DNA of 63,931 bases, counting the filler, from Dirinaria sp. TL-2023a (lineage: Eukaryota), in assembly GCA_051941275.1 (NCBI GenBank). It is 57 parts of 57 records of this genome, joined end to end, with 100 filler letters (N's around TTAATTAATTAA, not from the genome) between each part and the next. Parts side by side here need not be neighbours in the genome. Positions count along the whole stretch, not along the records: positions 11,403 to 12,439 come from JAVEBF010003058.1; positions 12,540 to 13,574 come from JAVEBF010003059.1; positions 13,675 to 14,709 come from JAVEBF010003060.1; positions 14,810 to 15,843 come from JAVEBF010003061.1; positions 15,944 to 16,976 come from JAVEBF010003062.1; positions 17,077 to 18,108 come from JAVEBF010003063.1; positions 18,209 to 19,240 come from JAVEBF010003064.1; positions 19,341 to 20,371 come from JAVEBF010003065.1; 49 more parts are not named here. One strand, 5' to 3'. The stretch's first letter is position 1. Every line of letters begins with the position of its first letter. A model generated the notes under the pieces. The model was not told the origin of the DNA, did no database searches, and saw nothing but the letters and a program-made list of their open reading frames with translations. Positions 11,867 through 24,620 of the stretch are shown in pieces. The position numbers and the translations under genes are program-made.

Positions 11867-12439
11867 GACGAAACGAAACCAATACGAATTGAAATCGATG
11901 CATCGAATCTAGTTATAGAAGTCTGTCTGTGTCAGGAGAAATAGAATAAATGACATTCAGTGACATACTTCTCGAGAAAATTGTTATCGACTGAACAAAA
12001 TTACGACATACACGATAAGAAGTTGCTAGCGATTGTAATATTCTTAGAAATCTGAAGAGTTTATGTTAAAGGAGCATCTGATCTCGAAATACTAACGAAT
12101 CATAAGAATCTGCTACATTTTACAACAACTAAGCAGCTAAACAGAAGACAGATCAGATGATCGAAACTTCTTGAATAATACAAGTTTATCATAAGATACA
12201 TCTCAGACAGAGAAAACGACAGAGCAGACGCATTAAATCGAAGAAACGAGTATATAAAGGAAAAGACAGAGTTCAATCACAGCATTTTAAAAATGAATTA
12301 GAATAAATCATTATCAGCAAACAGAGTATAGAAATTAAATGCGACACTGCGTATACTCAGAGACGATTAAGAGCAATATTCTATAGAGAAAAAGAAATTG
12401 CAAATATCAGCACACAAGATTGAAGATTGCATAAAGAAA
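11867..12439 (+). mobile_element. Decayed Ty3/Gypsy RNase H
   Basis: IEIDASN..TYFSRKL..EQNYDIHDKKLLAIV..LTNHKNL..LNRRQIR*. Confidence 0.92.
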
Positions 12440-14839
12440 NNNNNNNNNNNNNNNNNNNNNNNNNNNNNNNNNNNNNNNNNNNNTTAATTAATTAANNNNN
12501 NNNNNNNNNNNNNNNNNNNNNNNNNNNNNNNNNNNNNNNATTATCCTACCCTCTTCTCGGTATTAGACAAAACCCGCAGCTTCAATTTTCCTTCCTCCTA
12601 ACCCTTGCCTGCCTCCCTCCCTCTTGATATTCAGCTTTTGGAGGAGAGAAATCTCTTTCTCCTACCTTACTTTTATGCAAAACGCGTCATCTACCTTACC
12701 AAAAATATTAGGGTTTTCTTGAGGTACGGTTACACCTAAGGTACCTTACCTTTGCTTTAATGTGAGATAAGTACTGTAATGCAGATAAAAAGCCGCAAAC
12801 TCAGTAGTCACTTATTATTTGTAGGTCTACGTGTTCAAATCTATGACTATCGATGTTCGGAAAGTGTATAGGTAAGGTGGATTTATAGAGTAAATGAAAT
12901 GGGAAAGGGGTGGTTCCTAAGGTATCTAAAGGTAAAGTTCGTAGACGTAGTACAACACGGGAGCTCTTCGACGATATGCTCATGCTATACTCAGCTCATG
13001 CCGTAAAAATGATGCTCAGCCGTCACCATCACTGCATCAAACCATCAAATCTGCTCGTACACCTTTTACTGATGCGCCGAACGAGTACAGCGGGGGACAC
13101 TTCTGAGGAACTGGAGGCGTGAGTTTGGAGAGGTAGTGTCTCGAGCGTGCAGCTGGCGATCTTAATATCTTTTCATGGCCTAAGGACTGAATATCTCACA
13201 TTGGGAGGTGCTTAGACCTGTAAATATATTTATTGGCTGGCAATAGTACTATTCGAAGGATTCATTGTTTCGCCTATCTGGATCTGATGAGGGTTCTTCT
13301 AACGCTGCTCAGAAATGAAACCCCAGTTTCTAATGGGCATAAAACCTCACAGATGTCGATCCAGATGACTTGCCTGCCATACTTGACAATCATAACTAAA
13401 TAAAATTCATGAAGGAGAAAAGCAGAAGTATTGAGAAAGTCACCTAAATCGCAAACACGACACCATCATCGAAAATAGAATAATGCAGCGGTTTTGAGTA
13501 TCGAGTTAGGAGGGGGTGCGGCAGATGTACTGTATTTAGAAGATGCAAGGAATAATGAGAGCCCCCCCCCCGGGNNNNNNNNNNNNNNNNNNNNNNNNNN
13601 NNNNNNNNNNNNNNNNNNTTAATTAATTAANNNNNNNNNNNNNNNNNNNNNNNNNNNNNNNNNNNNNNNNNNNNACCATTATCACCTTTTAGATCAGAAA
13701 TGAGACGAGGAAGAAGAGACTGTGTTTCCTTTTCTTTTCTTTCTTCTGTTTTTTTTTTTAAGGGGGGGGGAGATAGATTAAGACATCGATTTGATCCGAA
13801 AATCCCAATTTCTGATCCATATAACGAGACGTAGAAAGCGAAAAAGAACCAAAAAAAAAAAAACCAATTCTCCCAAAAAAAAATCTGGATTTAACGTACG
13901 CATATATATTATCAAACCTCAACAATCTCAAAATCCCCCCTCTCCCCTACATACCCAATCATCACTACTTACAATCATCTATCAATATCTTCTCCCCCAA
14001 CTCGATGCTTCAGAAGCAAAAAATCACAAGCCATCCTCCTTTTCCATCCAGCGCCTTTTCACACTTAACCATTTATCTATCTAACACTTTCATAATGAAT
14101 CCATCCATCAACCCTTCATAAAACCGTGATATCACTCGAACCCCGTTCTTCTCGCCAGAGAGAGAAGCGAATACATTAAGTCCTGAGACAGCAAACGCTC
14201 GAAGGCTAAATGAAAACGAATTGCCGATACCGAACGAGGGTTGATCTGGCGGTAGTGGGATTCCCTGGAAAAAAAAGAGGTGCCTTGGAGACTGCGTATA
14301 TAGAGGAGGGGGGGGGGTTTGAGATTGTCAAGATTTCGCAACACGTATATACGCCGAATCTATTTCCAAACACCAGATAGAAACGAGACGGGAGGGAAAG
14401 AAAGGAGTACAGCTAAGATAAGCGAAGACGAAGAAAAACACGATTTTTCCCAAATCCGAATTGATTTATCTCAATGGGATATTTTGATTGGATTTTGATT
14501 TGGTCTGATGTTTTCACTTGTGTGATATACAGCAGGAAAAAAAGGGGGGGAAACCATGATTTTCGCAAGAAACAAGGGAGAAAACAGACGGGAAAGGGCA
14601 TGCATTTGATTTCGTTTAAAATTTCGAATGCACATGGACTGATTACCTAGTTGATGTGATCCATGTGGAATAGGGAACAACTCTTTTTTCTCTCTCTCTC
14701 TCTCTTTTCNNNNNNNNNNNNNNNNNNNNNNNNNNNNNNNNNNNNNNNNNNNNTTAATTAATTAANNNNNNNNNNNNNNNNNNNNNNNNNNNNNNNNNNN
14801 NNNNNNNNNCCCGCTAACAAGCCGCCCCCACCGCAATAG

Positions 14840-15205
14840 TCAGTAGCACACATGCCCGCGCGGGCGATGACGTACAAGTTCCTCAACACCTTCATCGACG
14901 ACCTCTTCGCCTTCACCATCAAAATGCCCACCCTGCACCGCCTCGCCACCCTGCGCGACGACGTCATCTTCTTCGTCTACCTCTACCAGAGCTACGCCTA
15001 CCGCGTCGACTACTCCCGCGTCAACGAGTTCGGTCAGGGAGGAGGCGATGACGCAGAGCCCGTGAGGGAGGAGCAGCAGAGGAAAGTCGATGCTGCTGCT
15101 GAACCGGACAGGAAGGCTGTGCAGGATGCGACGACGCCTGAGAAGGCGACGGGGGCGGAGAAAGGTAAGGCTGCTGCTGCTACTGGTACGAAGAAAAGAC
15201 GGTGA
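14840..15205 (+). CDS. CLPTM1 family protein, last exon
   Basis: SVAHMP..MTYKFLNTFIDDLFAFTIKMPTLHRLATLRDDVIFFVYLYQ..YRVDYSRVNEFG; preceded by GCTAAC..TAG. Confidence 0.95.
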   Translation, partial: SVAHMPARAMTYKFLNTFIDDLFAFTIKMPTLHRLATLRDDVIFFVYLYQSYAYRVDYSRVNEFGQGGGDDAEPVREEQQRKVDAAAEPDRKAVQDATTPEKATGAEKGKAAAATGTKKRR

Positions 15206-15943
15206 GTTTTTGAAGGTATGGATGGATGGATGGGTAGGAGAGTTGGGGCTTTTAGACAGAGTAAGTCCCTAGGGGGGTTTTTATGACATAGGTCTAGCGT
15301 TCTTCTCTGATATGTTTTCTACTTAACATAAGTTAGCTGACATTATGCCATTTTTGGTTCTTACGCATGCTATATTCCTGCTTCCGCTTCTGAGCGTTTT
15401 GGAGAGGGGGAGAACCTCCCCGCCCTTGAATTTGAACACACAAAAAAAAAAAAAAAAAAAAAAAATCCAAATGCGAACCCACATCCAAAACCCAGCATAC
15501 ATAGAATACACTCTCATATTCGTATTCCCAGACCCTACAACCCACACACGGTTTCCTCATAATCCTCAACATCCACCCTATCCTATCTACCTTATCTTCT
15601 CCACTCAGCCACGCGCCGCCTCTCTCTACCTCTACCTCTACTTCCTCACTTTCCTCCCTTGCTCCCGGTATTCTCCTGCTCCGCGGGGGAAAAAAGGGAA
15701 AAGAAATAGAGCTACGTTTTCAGGAGATTGGAGGCTGGAGTTTTCTTTCTTTTTTTTTTTTTTCTTCTTCTTTTGAAGGGGGGAGAATTGAGGGGGTTGA
15801 TTAACGGTGGGCAGGTTGGGATGGGATGTGGGGAGTGTAGGAANNNNNNNNNNNNNNNNNNNNNNNNNNNNNNNNNNNNNNNNNNNNTTAATTAATTAAN
15901 NNNNNNNNNNNNNNNNNNNNNNNNNNNNNNNNNNNNNNNNNNN

Positions 15944-16224
15944 TGAGAAACAAGAAGTTTATGACTATCAAGACTAATTACTGAGAAACTCAAGTTCTCG
16001 AAATGAAAATGATCTCTTTATTCTATACGATCTCGCAATCACTTGACAGTATTGCGAATATATTGTACTGAAGTCTACGCAGCGTTTATAGAGCGATGAC
16101 ATCAAATCATCTAGAAGTTTCCGAGTATCCGCTTGGGTCCTACTGACCTCAGAGAATCTTGGGAAAGCTTTCACCCATCTCACGTAATAAGTCACTAGGC
16201 CGTAAGGGTCAAAGTATCATGACA
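15944..16224. mobile_element. LTR, family B (partial, inverted relative to 7277-7627)
   Basis: Reverse complement nearly identical to 7277-7560. Confidence 0.88.
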
Positions 16225-16976
16225 AGTCTTCAGAGCATCATCGAAGATAGAATATTCTAATGTGTCGAATTCGTCAGATATAAAGTCGTTTATCGAGAAT
16301 TCGTGATGCGATAAGTCGTGAATGCATTTTCAATCGTCAGATGTCTTAAATATTAGATCTAACGATGATGATACGAAGCGTCTCGTCGACGTTCTCGACA
16401 CGCGAGTGATGCGATGTGTCTTCATTTATTTGATGAGATCGACGATGAGAATTTCAAATGCAGAAGAAGCAGAAAGATGATTGAGAGTCAAAAATAGATT
16501 TTTCGAGTCGATATACTCGATTTTAGCGTCGTGAGTGAATATTCTAACTAGTGTGTTTACAAACTTTTGATTCGAATATTCTCTCAAAAGATATGCTCAT
16601 TTTGAAATCTTGAGAGATCTCGAATCGTCAAACGATATCTCATCGACAGATGTGATGTTATAAAGAAAGACCTCACGAATTGACTGCAGCGATGTAGACA
16701 TCGATGCAAGTCATCGACGTGACTTGACGAGTAAGAGTATGAAGTTGCTGAACGATAGCGTGTATTTGCAATTCGTTGTTGTATGTTCAGATGACTGACA
16801 TTTGAAGCAGACGTGTTTATACTTGCAATTCTTCGAGCACTCAACATCGTTGCTTCCTCTGCGACAGTATTCTGTCGATACTCTGCTGACGATAGATGAC
16901 GATGTCATCGATGTAGACTTTGCTCTAGCGACTTTCTTTCTTATCAGCGTCAGAGATTTTAACGACGAATCGAAAG
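16225..16976 (-). mobile_element. Decayed DIRS/Ngaro-type ORF1 zinc finger and RT N-terminus
   Basis: YCRR..ECSKNCKYKHVCFKCQSSEHTTTNC, then FVSSSLDLIFKTSDD*KCIHDLSH..SINDFISDEFDTLEYSIFDDAL (mutated SPLGLVPK..GWRxIHDLS..SVND). Confidence 0.8.
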
Positions 16977-17076
16977 NNNNNNNNNNNNNNNNNNNNNNNN
17001 NNNNNNNNNNNNNNNNNNNNTTAATTAATTAANNNNNNNNNNNNNNNNNNNNNNNNNNNNNNNNNNNNNNNNNNNN

Positions 17077-18108
17077 AAGCGCAGGAGAACAGAATATCCA
17101 GCTACTGAAGGCCCAAGCAACATCTTGAAGCTACGTGGTGCGCAGCAGCAAATTAGCCAGGCGCCTTCAGTGCCTCCTGCAAACTCCACCGGAACATTGC
17201 TGCCGTCTTCCTTCCCAAGTAATGCCGGCCTCAGCTTCACAGGCCCACCGACAAGATACCACATCAGGCCCAACGGGTACGATCCGGCCCTTGAGGCAGC
17301 GTTTGCAGCATACCAGTCATCGGTGTATGGGACCACACAAGCACCTGGTCCAAACCAGCCATTCGCTCTTCCGAATAATGCCTATTCTCATGACAATGCT
17401 GGTCCCTCGTCAGGTCCTTCTTTCACTGGCACCAACGTCAACACGCACCACACAGTAAACCCGCCCCGGTTGCCGCCGACATCTAATCAATTCGATGGTC
17501 GAACCCAAACGGTGCCATCCAACCAAGGGCCAGGCCAACGTCAGACCGGCGTGTTTCCTTCAAATGCTCCTCCACGGCATCAACCTTCGAACTGGCCTGC
17601 ACAACCACTGGGAGGCATATCCGACTGGACACAGGTACATGCTCCAACGCAGTACCGTCCAAACACGCCTCAAGGCTGGGGTACTCGTCGGCCAGGGGAC
17701 AACCAGAGGATGGGCCAAGCATCTTCTGAAGGCAATCAATATCCGGCTGGTACAATCAGGCCGGGTATGCCACGTCTGAATTTGCCTACTCGGACTCGGG
17801 CTCGACCTTCTAGTACTGGGTATGGCCCAGGACAGATGCCCAGCACAGCTACCAGTGCGAACACCCTTACGAGGAGCACAGATGATTCGGACTTGAGCCA
17901 CACCTCAGCAAATGCGCTAGATCATCCACAACTTCTAAAGAGGCGTCGGGTCCTGGTCCCAGGAGCGGCGGGCTCACAATGGATCTATCCGCAGGAAACT
18001 CTCGGTGACCGCCACCATGGCTTCCCACCAGGATCGACTAGCGGCCAAGCCAATCCACCACTCCATCCGCTTACTTCTAGTGAGCACTTCACACGACCTC
18101 CTCCTCCC
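17077..18108 (+). CDS. Hypothetical Pro/Gln/Gly/Ser-rich protein, internal fragment
   Basis: Open frame across essentially the whole contig; low complexity; possible NLS (LKRRR). Confidence 0.65.
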
Positions 18109-18208
18109 NNNNNNNNNNNNNNNNNNNNNNNNNNNNNNNNNNNNNNNNNNNNTTAATTAATTAANNNNNNNNNNNNNNNNNNNNNNNNNNNNNNNNNNNN
18201 NNNNNNNN

Positions 18209-19240
18209 GCGTGATAACGTAATGTCATTTTGCGTTTTCTTTTTGTCGACTAGCATTGCAGCACACGTTTTCTGCAACATGCTGTCTCGCGCTCTTGTTT
18301 CTGAGTCCTTCGTGTTTCTCGTCAAACGTTGTTTTTCATCCTCTTTGATCAACGTGCTTGAGATTTGAGAGTTGTTGACGCTAGAGACAGCATGTTTTGA
18401 GGTCGTGTTTTCGTTTGCTTGCTTGCTAGATAGACGTCTCTGACGTCGACGAGACTCAAATTCAGTTCACTCGTTTGTGTCTATATTTGCTAGTCCCATG
18501 AGGTATCGAAAGCACTTCAGTGTCTAGCAGGGCTAGAGAAAAGTGTCTAGATGTCTACCGAGTGCGTTGCTGACATTGTCATCTAGGTCAATGCATTGTT
18601 GATTTTTAAGCAATGCTTTGTTGATTTCAAAGCATTGATTTTCAAGCATTGAATTTCCAAGCAATGATTGTAAAGCAATGCTATCAAAGCAACTTGCGCA
18701 TTGTTATGAACCTGACCTGGAAGCCCTATTATAGGTCACGTGCTTGTGGTCACGTACTTGCGACTGGACCCTGAAGACCCCTATTACTAGGTGTTTACCC
18801 GACCGGGTCCCTACAAAACCAGGCACCCACCTCTGTATCTAGCCTTCTTCTTTTCTTCCTCATAGTTAGTGTCCTAGTCAAATAGTACCCACATGCTATG
18901 TTCGCTGTGCAGGCCCTGACACGCATATCGCATATCGTCAAGGCCTATCTCAATTCGATTAGCAGCATGAGCAGTGAGGTTTTGGCAGTTGACTTGACAG
19001 TGTGTATTTAGGTCATCATGGGCCTCATCTTGAGTTGATCATCAACATTGCTCCATCGCCTGCTTCAACATCAAATCGCACTCGATTTTCGCATCGCAAA
19101 GCGCTTTTTCACCCACCCACTCCAGATATCGGCCGCATAGGTAGAGGGAGTTGTTGACGCTAGAGGCAGCATGTTTTGAGGTCGTGTTTTCGTTTGCTTG
19201 CTTGCTAGATAGACGCCTCTGGCGCCGACGAGGCCCAAAT
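18209..19240 (+). mobile_element. Second copy of the Ngaro-like 3' end, with split direct repeats (from 18367 and from 19146)
   Basis: Reverse complement of ~5710-6455; ~95-bp repeat GAGTTGTTGACGCTAGAG..CAAAT present twice. Confidence 0.85.
18702..18921 (+). mobile_element. Solo LTR, family A, with TSD CGCAT
   Basis: TGTTA..TGACA; CGCAT at 18697-18701 and 18922-18926; empty site in the homologous copy near 5965. Confidence 0.92.
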
Positions 19241-19340
19241 NNNNNNNNNNNNNNNNNNNNNNNNNNNNNNNNNNNNNNNNNNNNTTAATTAATTAANNNN
19301 NNNNNNNNNNNNNNNNNNNNNNNNNNNNNNNNNNNNNNNN

Positions 19341-19684
19341 ACGAAGAGAGTCGTTATTGCTATGACGTTTATGAACTCATTTACTGACTAGTTGACTTTT
19401 GAGAACAGAATCGCGAATGTACTACTCTGTTTTATGCAGTTGATTTTATTGATCCCGATTTGATTTTGAGCATGCTTATGCTTGCAAGTCAGAGTATTCT
19501 GTTAAATCTAGAGACAGCAAATTAACGATTCAAAATTATCTTCGAAAAATTCGAAATCTCTGAACTCGTTAATTTTGTCATAAATCTGACGAGACAGTAG
19601 CGAGCGTATATACTAATTTGCGTCGATGTAACGACGACGACAAATCAATCGAAATCGAAGCTTCGTCGATTTCACCTCATTCTA
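19341..19684 (+). mobile_element. Decayed Ty3/Gypsy protease region
   Basis: Nearly identical to 32850-33110, which leads into RT. Confidence 0.75.
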
Positions 19685-20096
19685 TGTAACAGTGATACCT
19701 GATATATTGGTATATATTGACCAATGCAGGCTAGCGCCGCTTGGCAGCCGGGGGTGCCCAGGGGCAATCCTTCGGGGTCTGAAGCATGGCTAGCGCCGCC
19801 TAGAAGTCAGCGTCGGAAGGTTGAATCTCGAGGCTAACTAGAAACCAGTGAGCGGTTAACGCTTATAGAGCATTGTGTCTACGAGCGCTCGTGACCCGTC
19901 AGCGCGGGGCTCGTCATGGTGAGGCAATGTTAACGCTCGCGGTTAAGTATAGGGGACCACCCACCCTTTCGGAGGGGGTTCTTAGTGATTAGTTCTAGCA
20001 GAAACTACAGTATCAGGTAGTCATATAATCTATTACACTGTCACGTCTTTTACACAAGTACTGCGTCGGCGGGTAACCGGCGCATACGACCTTACA
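19685..20096 (+). mobile_element. LTR, family C (412 bp), lightly mutated copy
   Basis: TGTAA..TTACA; same-length copies at 33321, 40918 and 55736. Confidence 0.9.
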
Positions 20097-21262
20097 GACG
20101 TCAGCGTTTACAAATTGATCGAAGAGCCGTCATCTTAAAACAAAAAAAAAAAAAAAGCAAAAAGAGATGTGATGATGTTGATAATGCTGTTGATGAGCGC
20201 TGACTCGCAATCGACGTCAGCAACGCATCTCTTCTCACTCTCAAATTAAGACAAAACAATACTTATAGATGATGATTATGATGTTCTCAAAGAAGAACGC
20301 TGTTAATAAATCTAATATCAGTGCTTGAAGAGAAGTATTTATCAAAAATGCTTTAAGGACAGAGTAAAGAGNNNNNNNNNNNNNNNNNNNNNNNNNNNNN
20401 NNNNNNNNNNNNNNNTTAATTAATTAANNNNNNNNNNNNNNNNNNNNNNNNNNNNNNNNNNNNNNNNNNNNCACCATCCCAACGATCCAACCACAAAACA
20501 TCTGATTTTCAGAAATCCTCCCTCCTAACACTAGTATCCCTGATTAAATCCCCCACCGACGCGAGCGAGAAAGAGAAGACATTCTGAATCCCTCAAGTAA
20601 CATACTGATCCACGGATTCCGCACCTAGACGACGAGGAGGAGGAGGGGAGACAGGACATTATTGATCTGCTCAGGTGGCTGGGAGATGATGAGGCGCTCA
20701 TATATCATGTCTACTTGCTTGCTGCTTGATGGTTTTATATGTAGTCAGTCGCTTGCTTGCTCTTTTGGGATTTAGGATCTCGATCTCATCCCCTGATACG
20801 TACGTTCGTGGGGTGTGGAAACCCCACCTATCTGTTGTGTGAAAAGCACGGTTTTGGGAAATGGATAGTAATCTAATGGGTTGGGTGGCTTCTACTATTG
20901 GAAAGAGAGGAAGGTGGGCTACTGAGGGTGAGTGGGTCTTTGAGCGGATGGCACAGTTTAGGACGAGACGAAATCGAGGAGGGGAGGGCGGTTGTGTAGT
21001 GCTTCCTCCGTGGCGGGTGAGATTATCTCTGGACGAGTATCGGAGGGGAAGTGTATCTGAATTAGAGATTATTATTTTGATTACGGGGTTCTCACTATCG
21101 TGATATACTTGGAAGATCATGACTGATTTCCGCAGATCCTCGGCATCAAGGCCATCATCTGTTCGATTGCTGTAATGAATTGTAGTACTCCCGTCCTGGT
21201 GAAGAAGCTAAGTTAATGATAGACGCAACGCTATGTGATCTAGAAGTCTGATTTAAGACTCT

Positions 21263-21500
21263 CTATGCAGTATTTGCCTTTCTGGGCTTAATTGACACAA
21301 CAATATCGTCACCTGGGATCGGCGAAATGATTCCCAGATTCGGCTTATTAACATCCAGTCGAGCGAATGATTGCGCCTTCGACTTTGAAATGCTTGACTC
21401 TTCCTTCTCCTTCAGACTGAGATCGAATTGGTCCAACACAAAGGCCAGGAACCCGAGCACCTCTCTCTGGGTGAAAACCCTCCCAGAGCAGTACTGCGAC
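21263..21500 (-). CDS. Cytochrome P450, C-terminal fragment
   Basis: Heme-ligand region YCSGRVFTQREVLGFLAFVLDQFDL, followed by RLD..KPNLGIISP..GDD tail. Confidence 0.75.
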
Positions 21501-21600
21501 NNNNNNNNNNNNNNNNNNNNNNNNNNNNNNNNNNNNNNNNNNNNTTAATTAATTAANNNNNNNNNNNNNNNNNNNNNNNNNNNNNNNNNNNNNNNNNNNN

Positions 21601-22534
21601 AGCGCTTGGACAAGCCGCAAGTGCAGGTCAGTACAAGAGCGTCGCGCTTCTTCTGAAGCATGGCGCCAAGGCAAATGGATCCGCTGAGGCTGGAGATACT
21701 CAAAGCGAGGATGTACATCCAGAGCAGCAAAGTGATTCTGCTGAAAAAGATGTTGCCAGGGATGAAATGACGCCGTTAGTGAGCTCGATAGCTAAAGAAT
21801 GGGCCTCCGAAGACAACGCGGATCATTTTCGATGTTTCCAACTGCTCCTTAACGCCGGCGCCGATGCAAATCAAATCAGCTCCAGGGAGTACTTTTTGGC
21901 GGATGATTATCGATTTTCATCCGGATCATGGTCTTTGCCTCCGGGTAGGAAGACGACAGCACTCCTCACCGCTGCGTATTTCGGACGTCTAAGCATGATA
22001 AGGGCACTTGTGCAACAAGGTGCCGATGTTAACTTCAGTCTTGAAAAGCACAACACGGCCCTAAGCACATCGCTTCGAGCAGAGAGCTTTGAATATGAAG
22101 GCAATCATAAGGACGTGGATCTAAACAGCCTGAACTCCTCATCACTACAGACAAGGGCAACACTACAGCTTCTGATCGAACTAGGGGCGGATCCAAGTCT
22201 TTGTACACAAGCCGATCAGGAAAGAATCACGCAGCTGCTTAACATGACAGATCAAGAACTAGAAAACATGGCTGCTATAGAACGGCTTACACGTCAACCA
22301 CAATTATTGCCCTATCCATATTTCGATTTCTACCTCTCAATCGGTTTTGGCGAAAGGGCTGGACGTTTGAGAAAATTGATAGCACAGGGGGCCGATCCTG
22401 GACTGTGTTGTACAAGAGACAGGAAAAGGCTCTCAGAGATACTTCAGTGGAGCGAGTCCGAGATAGACTCGCTCGATGCACAACGCAATGGATACAGACT
22501 TTTCTTGAATGAAGTCAGAAGAGGTCTCCTTTGA
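21601..22534 (+). CDS. Ankyrin-repeat protein, C-terminal fragment
   Basis: TPL..LLLNAGADAN; TALLTAAYFGRLSMIRALVQQGADVN; LLIELGADP. Confidence 0.88.
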
Positions 22535-22728
22535 GCTACAGCGATATCTCGAGCTCTATAGCTCTTCACGCTGACATGATTGCCACTGTAAGCGATTAGG
22601 CACAAACTATATGGCATAATTTACTATCNNNNNNNNNNNNNNNNNNNNNNNNNNNNNNNNNNNNNNNNNNNNTTAATTAATTAANNNNNNNNNNNNNNNN
22701 NNNNNNNNNNNNNNNNNNNNNNNNNNNN

Positions 22729-23465
22729 CACTCACAAGGGGACTATACGAGATCTATATACTTATATAGGCGGCGCGTCAGCGCTGCGTCGACTCTTTTC
22801 TTGTTACGTGCAGTTTTCTCTATTCATAATACTAGAAAATCCTTCATGCGAGAACTTTATGAGTCTAAGAATCTGAAGAGAGAGCAGTCGTCTGAAACTG
22901 ACTGAGTAAATCAATGAATAAAATCATGCGTATCGTCGCTGTGACATCAGTGATATTATCGAACAGTTTTCTCACATTTGTGATGTTATTCGTTTTTCGT
23001 TGCATCTTTAGTCTCTTCTGTTTTCACGTAGAACACGTTAATAACACGTGTCTGACTGTCATGCGATTTTGTTTGCAGTCGCAAATCTCTGTATCATTTC
23101 AGAGACGAGTCGCTCGTTTAAAAATTGATTGAAATTTATTTTACTCGTTCTCAACTGTGTAAACAAAACGCTGTGTGATTTCGCTCGATCATCATGAAGT
23201 CGCATATGACGCTGAGTTATCGTAAACGTCAACGCGCGATAATGAGCTTCGTTGATGTCTTTTTTTCATTTTTTTCGTCATTTTGCGCGAGTTTATTCTT
23301 GAATCAGCGCTGCTCTGACAGTAGATTCACACGTCAATTAATCGAGCAGCGAATATTTGTGTGTCTCGTTGATTATTTTATTTGCCTCTTCCTTGTCTTT
23401 TATTTCTTTGTGATCGAGTATTCAGTGAAGTTCGAGTGAAGTTTTCTTTTCTCGTATCGTCTCGC
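22729..23465 (-). mobile_element. Decayed Tad1-like LINE ORF2 C-terminus (CCHC) and 3' UTR
   Basis: ICDCKQNRMTVRHVLLTC motif; same family as 46289-46731. Confidence 0.85.
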
Positions 23466-23755
23466 TGTTACGACCCTGATCGAACATCTAGGGTTAGTGG
23501 AAGATTAGCCTTTATCAGTAAACTCTGAGTGTGATTAGTACTGATCAAGAGAACTTGACACTGAGCGATGCTCAGTTGATCAATAATGATCAGTACACTG
23601 AGCAACTTGTCATGAACCTGACCTGGGAGCACCAAGGTGTGGTCACGTGCCTGCCTTGGAGGACCCTTAGGACCCTGGAGGACCCTGATATTTGTTTACC
23701 CGCATACCCGACCCCCTATTTGTTGCTTGCACCTTCTGTATCTATACTTCTTCTT
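23466..23755 (+). mobile_element. Nested LTR fragments (unknown LTR from 23466; family A from 23608)
   Basis: TGTTACGACCC start, then TGTCATGAACCTGACCTGG matching family A. Confidence 0.7.
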
Positions 23756-23855
23756 NNNNNNNNNNNNNNNNNNNNNNNNNNNNNNNNNNNNNNNNNNNNT
23801 TAATTAATTAANNNNNNNNNNNNNNNNNNNNNNNNNNNNNNNNNNNNNNNNNNNN

Positions 23856-24620
23856 CTCTTATATCAATACGTGATTTTGAGATTAATAATCACATATTCG
23901 ACGAATATATTATCGTCGATATATATTTTTCAAACAAAAATAAGAACGATAACTCTGTTATGATCAAAATCACTCGCGAAACGCATTTGATGAAAGATTT
24001 AAAAATTAAAATGTTTATTAACAATTACTGTATCGAGTCGAAAAAAATCGTTTTCAACGATGTTAAAAACATCACGTATATTGAGAACTGTGAGATCATC
24101 GTTGCTGCAAATATTAAAACGTCGCGCATTATAATGCAGATTTTAGTACATGTTCGAAAAATCGTTATCGTGTCATCGAATTCAAAAATCACGATATCAA
24201 TTTATTATATCACGATGTCAAACGATCGCGATTTTTTTATTCGAATCAGTGAATCAATTGAATTTGACGCTTTATGCACATTTGACGGATTTCGAAACTA
24301 AAAACATAATAATACGCAACGACGACGATTAAACGATATATTTATCACGTAACTGTCGTGTTAATCGCATGACGAAAATGAATTTCTCAAACGTTTTTCA
24401 AATCGATTCAGAAATTAATGATTTGACTATGAGATTTAGAGCATCTCAACATAAACTCTTCTGATTTAAAAAAACTATAACTGCATCTATCGCAGCAGTT
24501 ACGATTATCAGCGCGATTTTTGTAATCAATATATCGTAATTAATCTTAAATATCGATCTTTTGACGTCAATGCTTAACGTTTCGAACATGTCGTTATCAT
24601 GAAACGACTTCGCGCTCTTT
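23856..24620 (+). mobile_element. Heavily mutated Ty3/Gypsy protease region
   Basis: ISIRDFE..EYIIVDIYF..ITRETHLMKDLKIKMFI pattern of fungal gypsy pol; CC/GG almost absent. Confidence 0.6.

Noticed and set aside
13284..13345. CTGATGA...GAAAC as a hammerhead ribozyme core
   Set aside because: Stem II does not close next to either GAAA, and stem III lacks the required UH cleavage triplet
13675..14709. ORFs in homopolymer-rich contigs (also 15323-15776, 26819-27131, 59805-60601)
   Set aside because: Low-complexity K/F/P translations of intergenic DNA with no motifs
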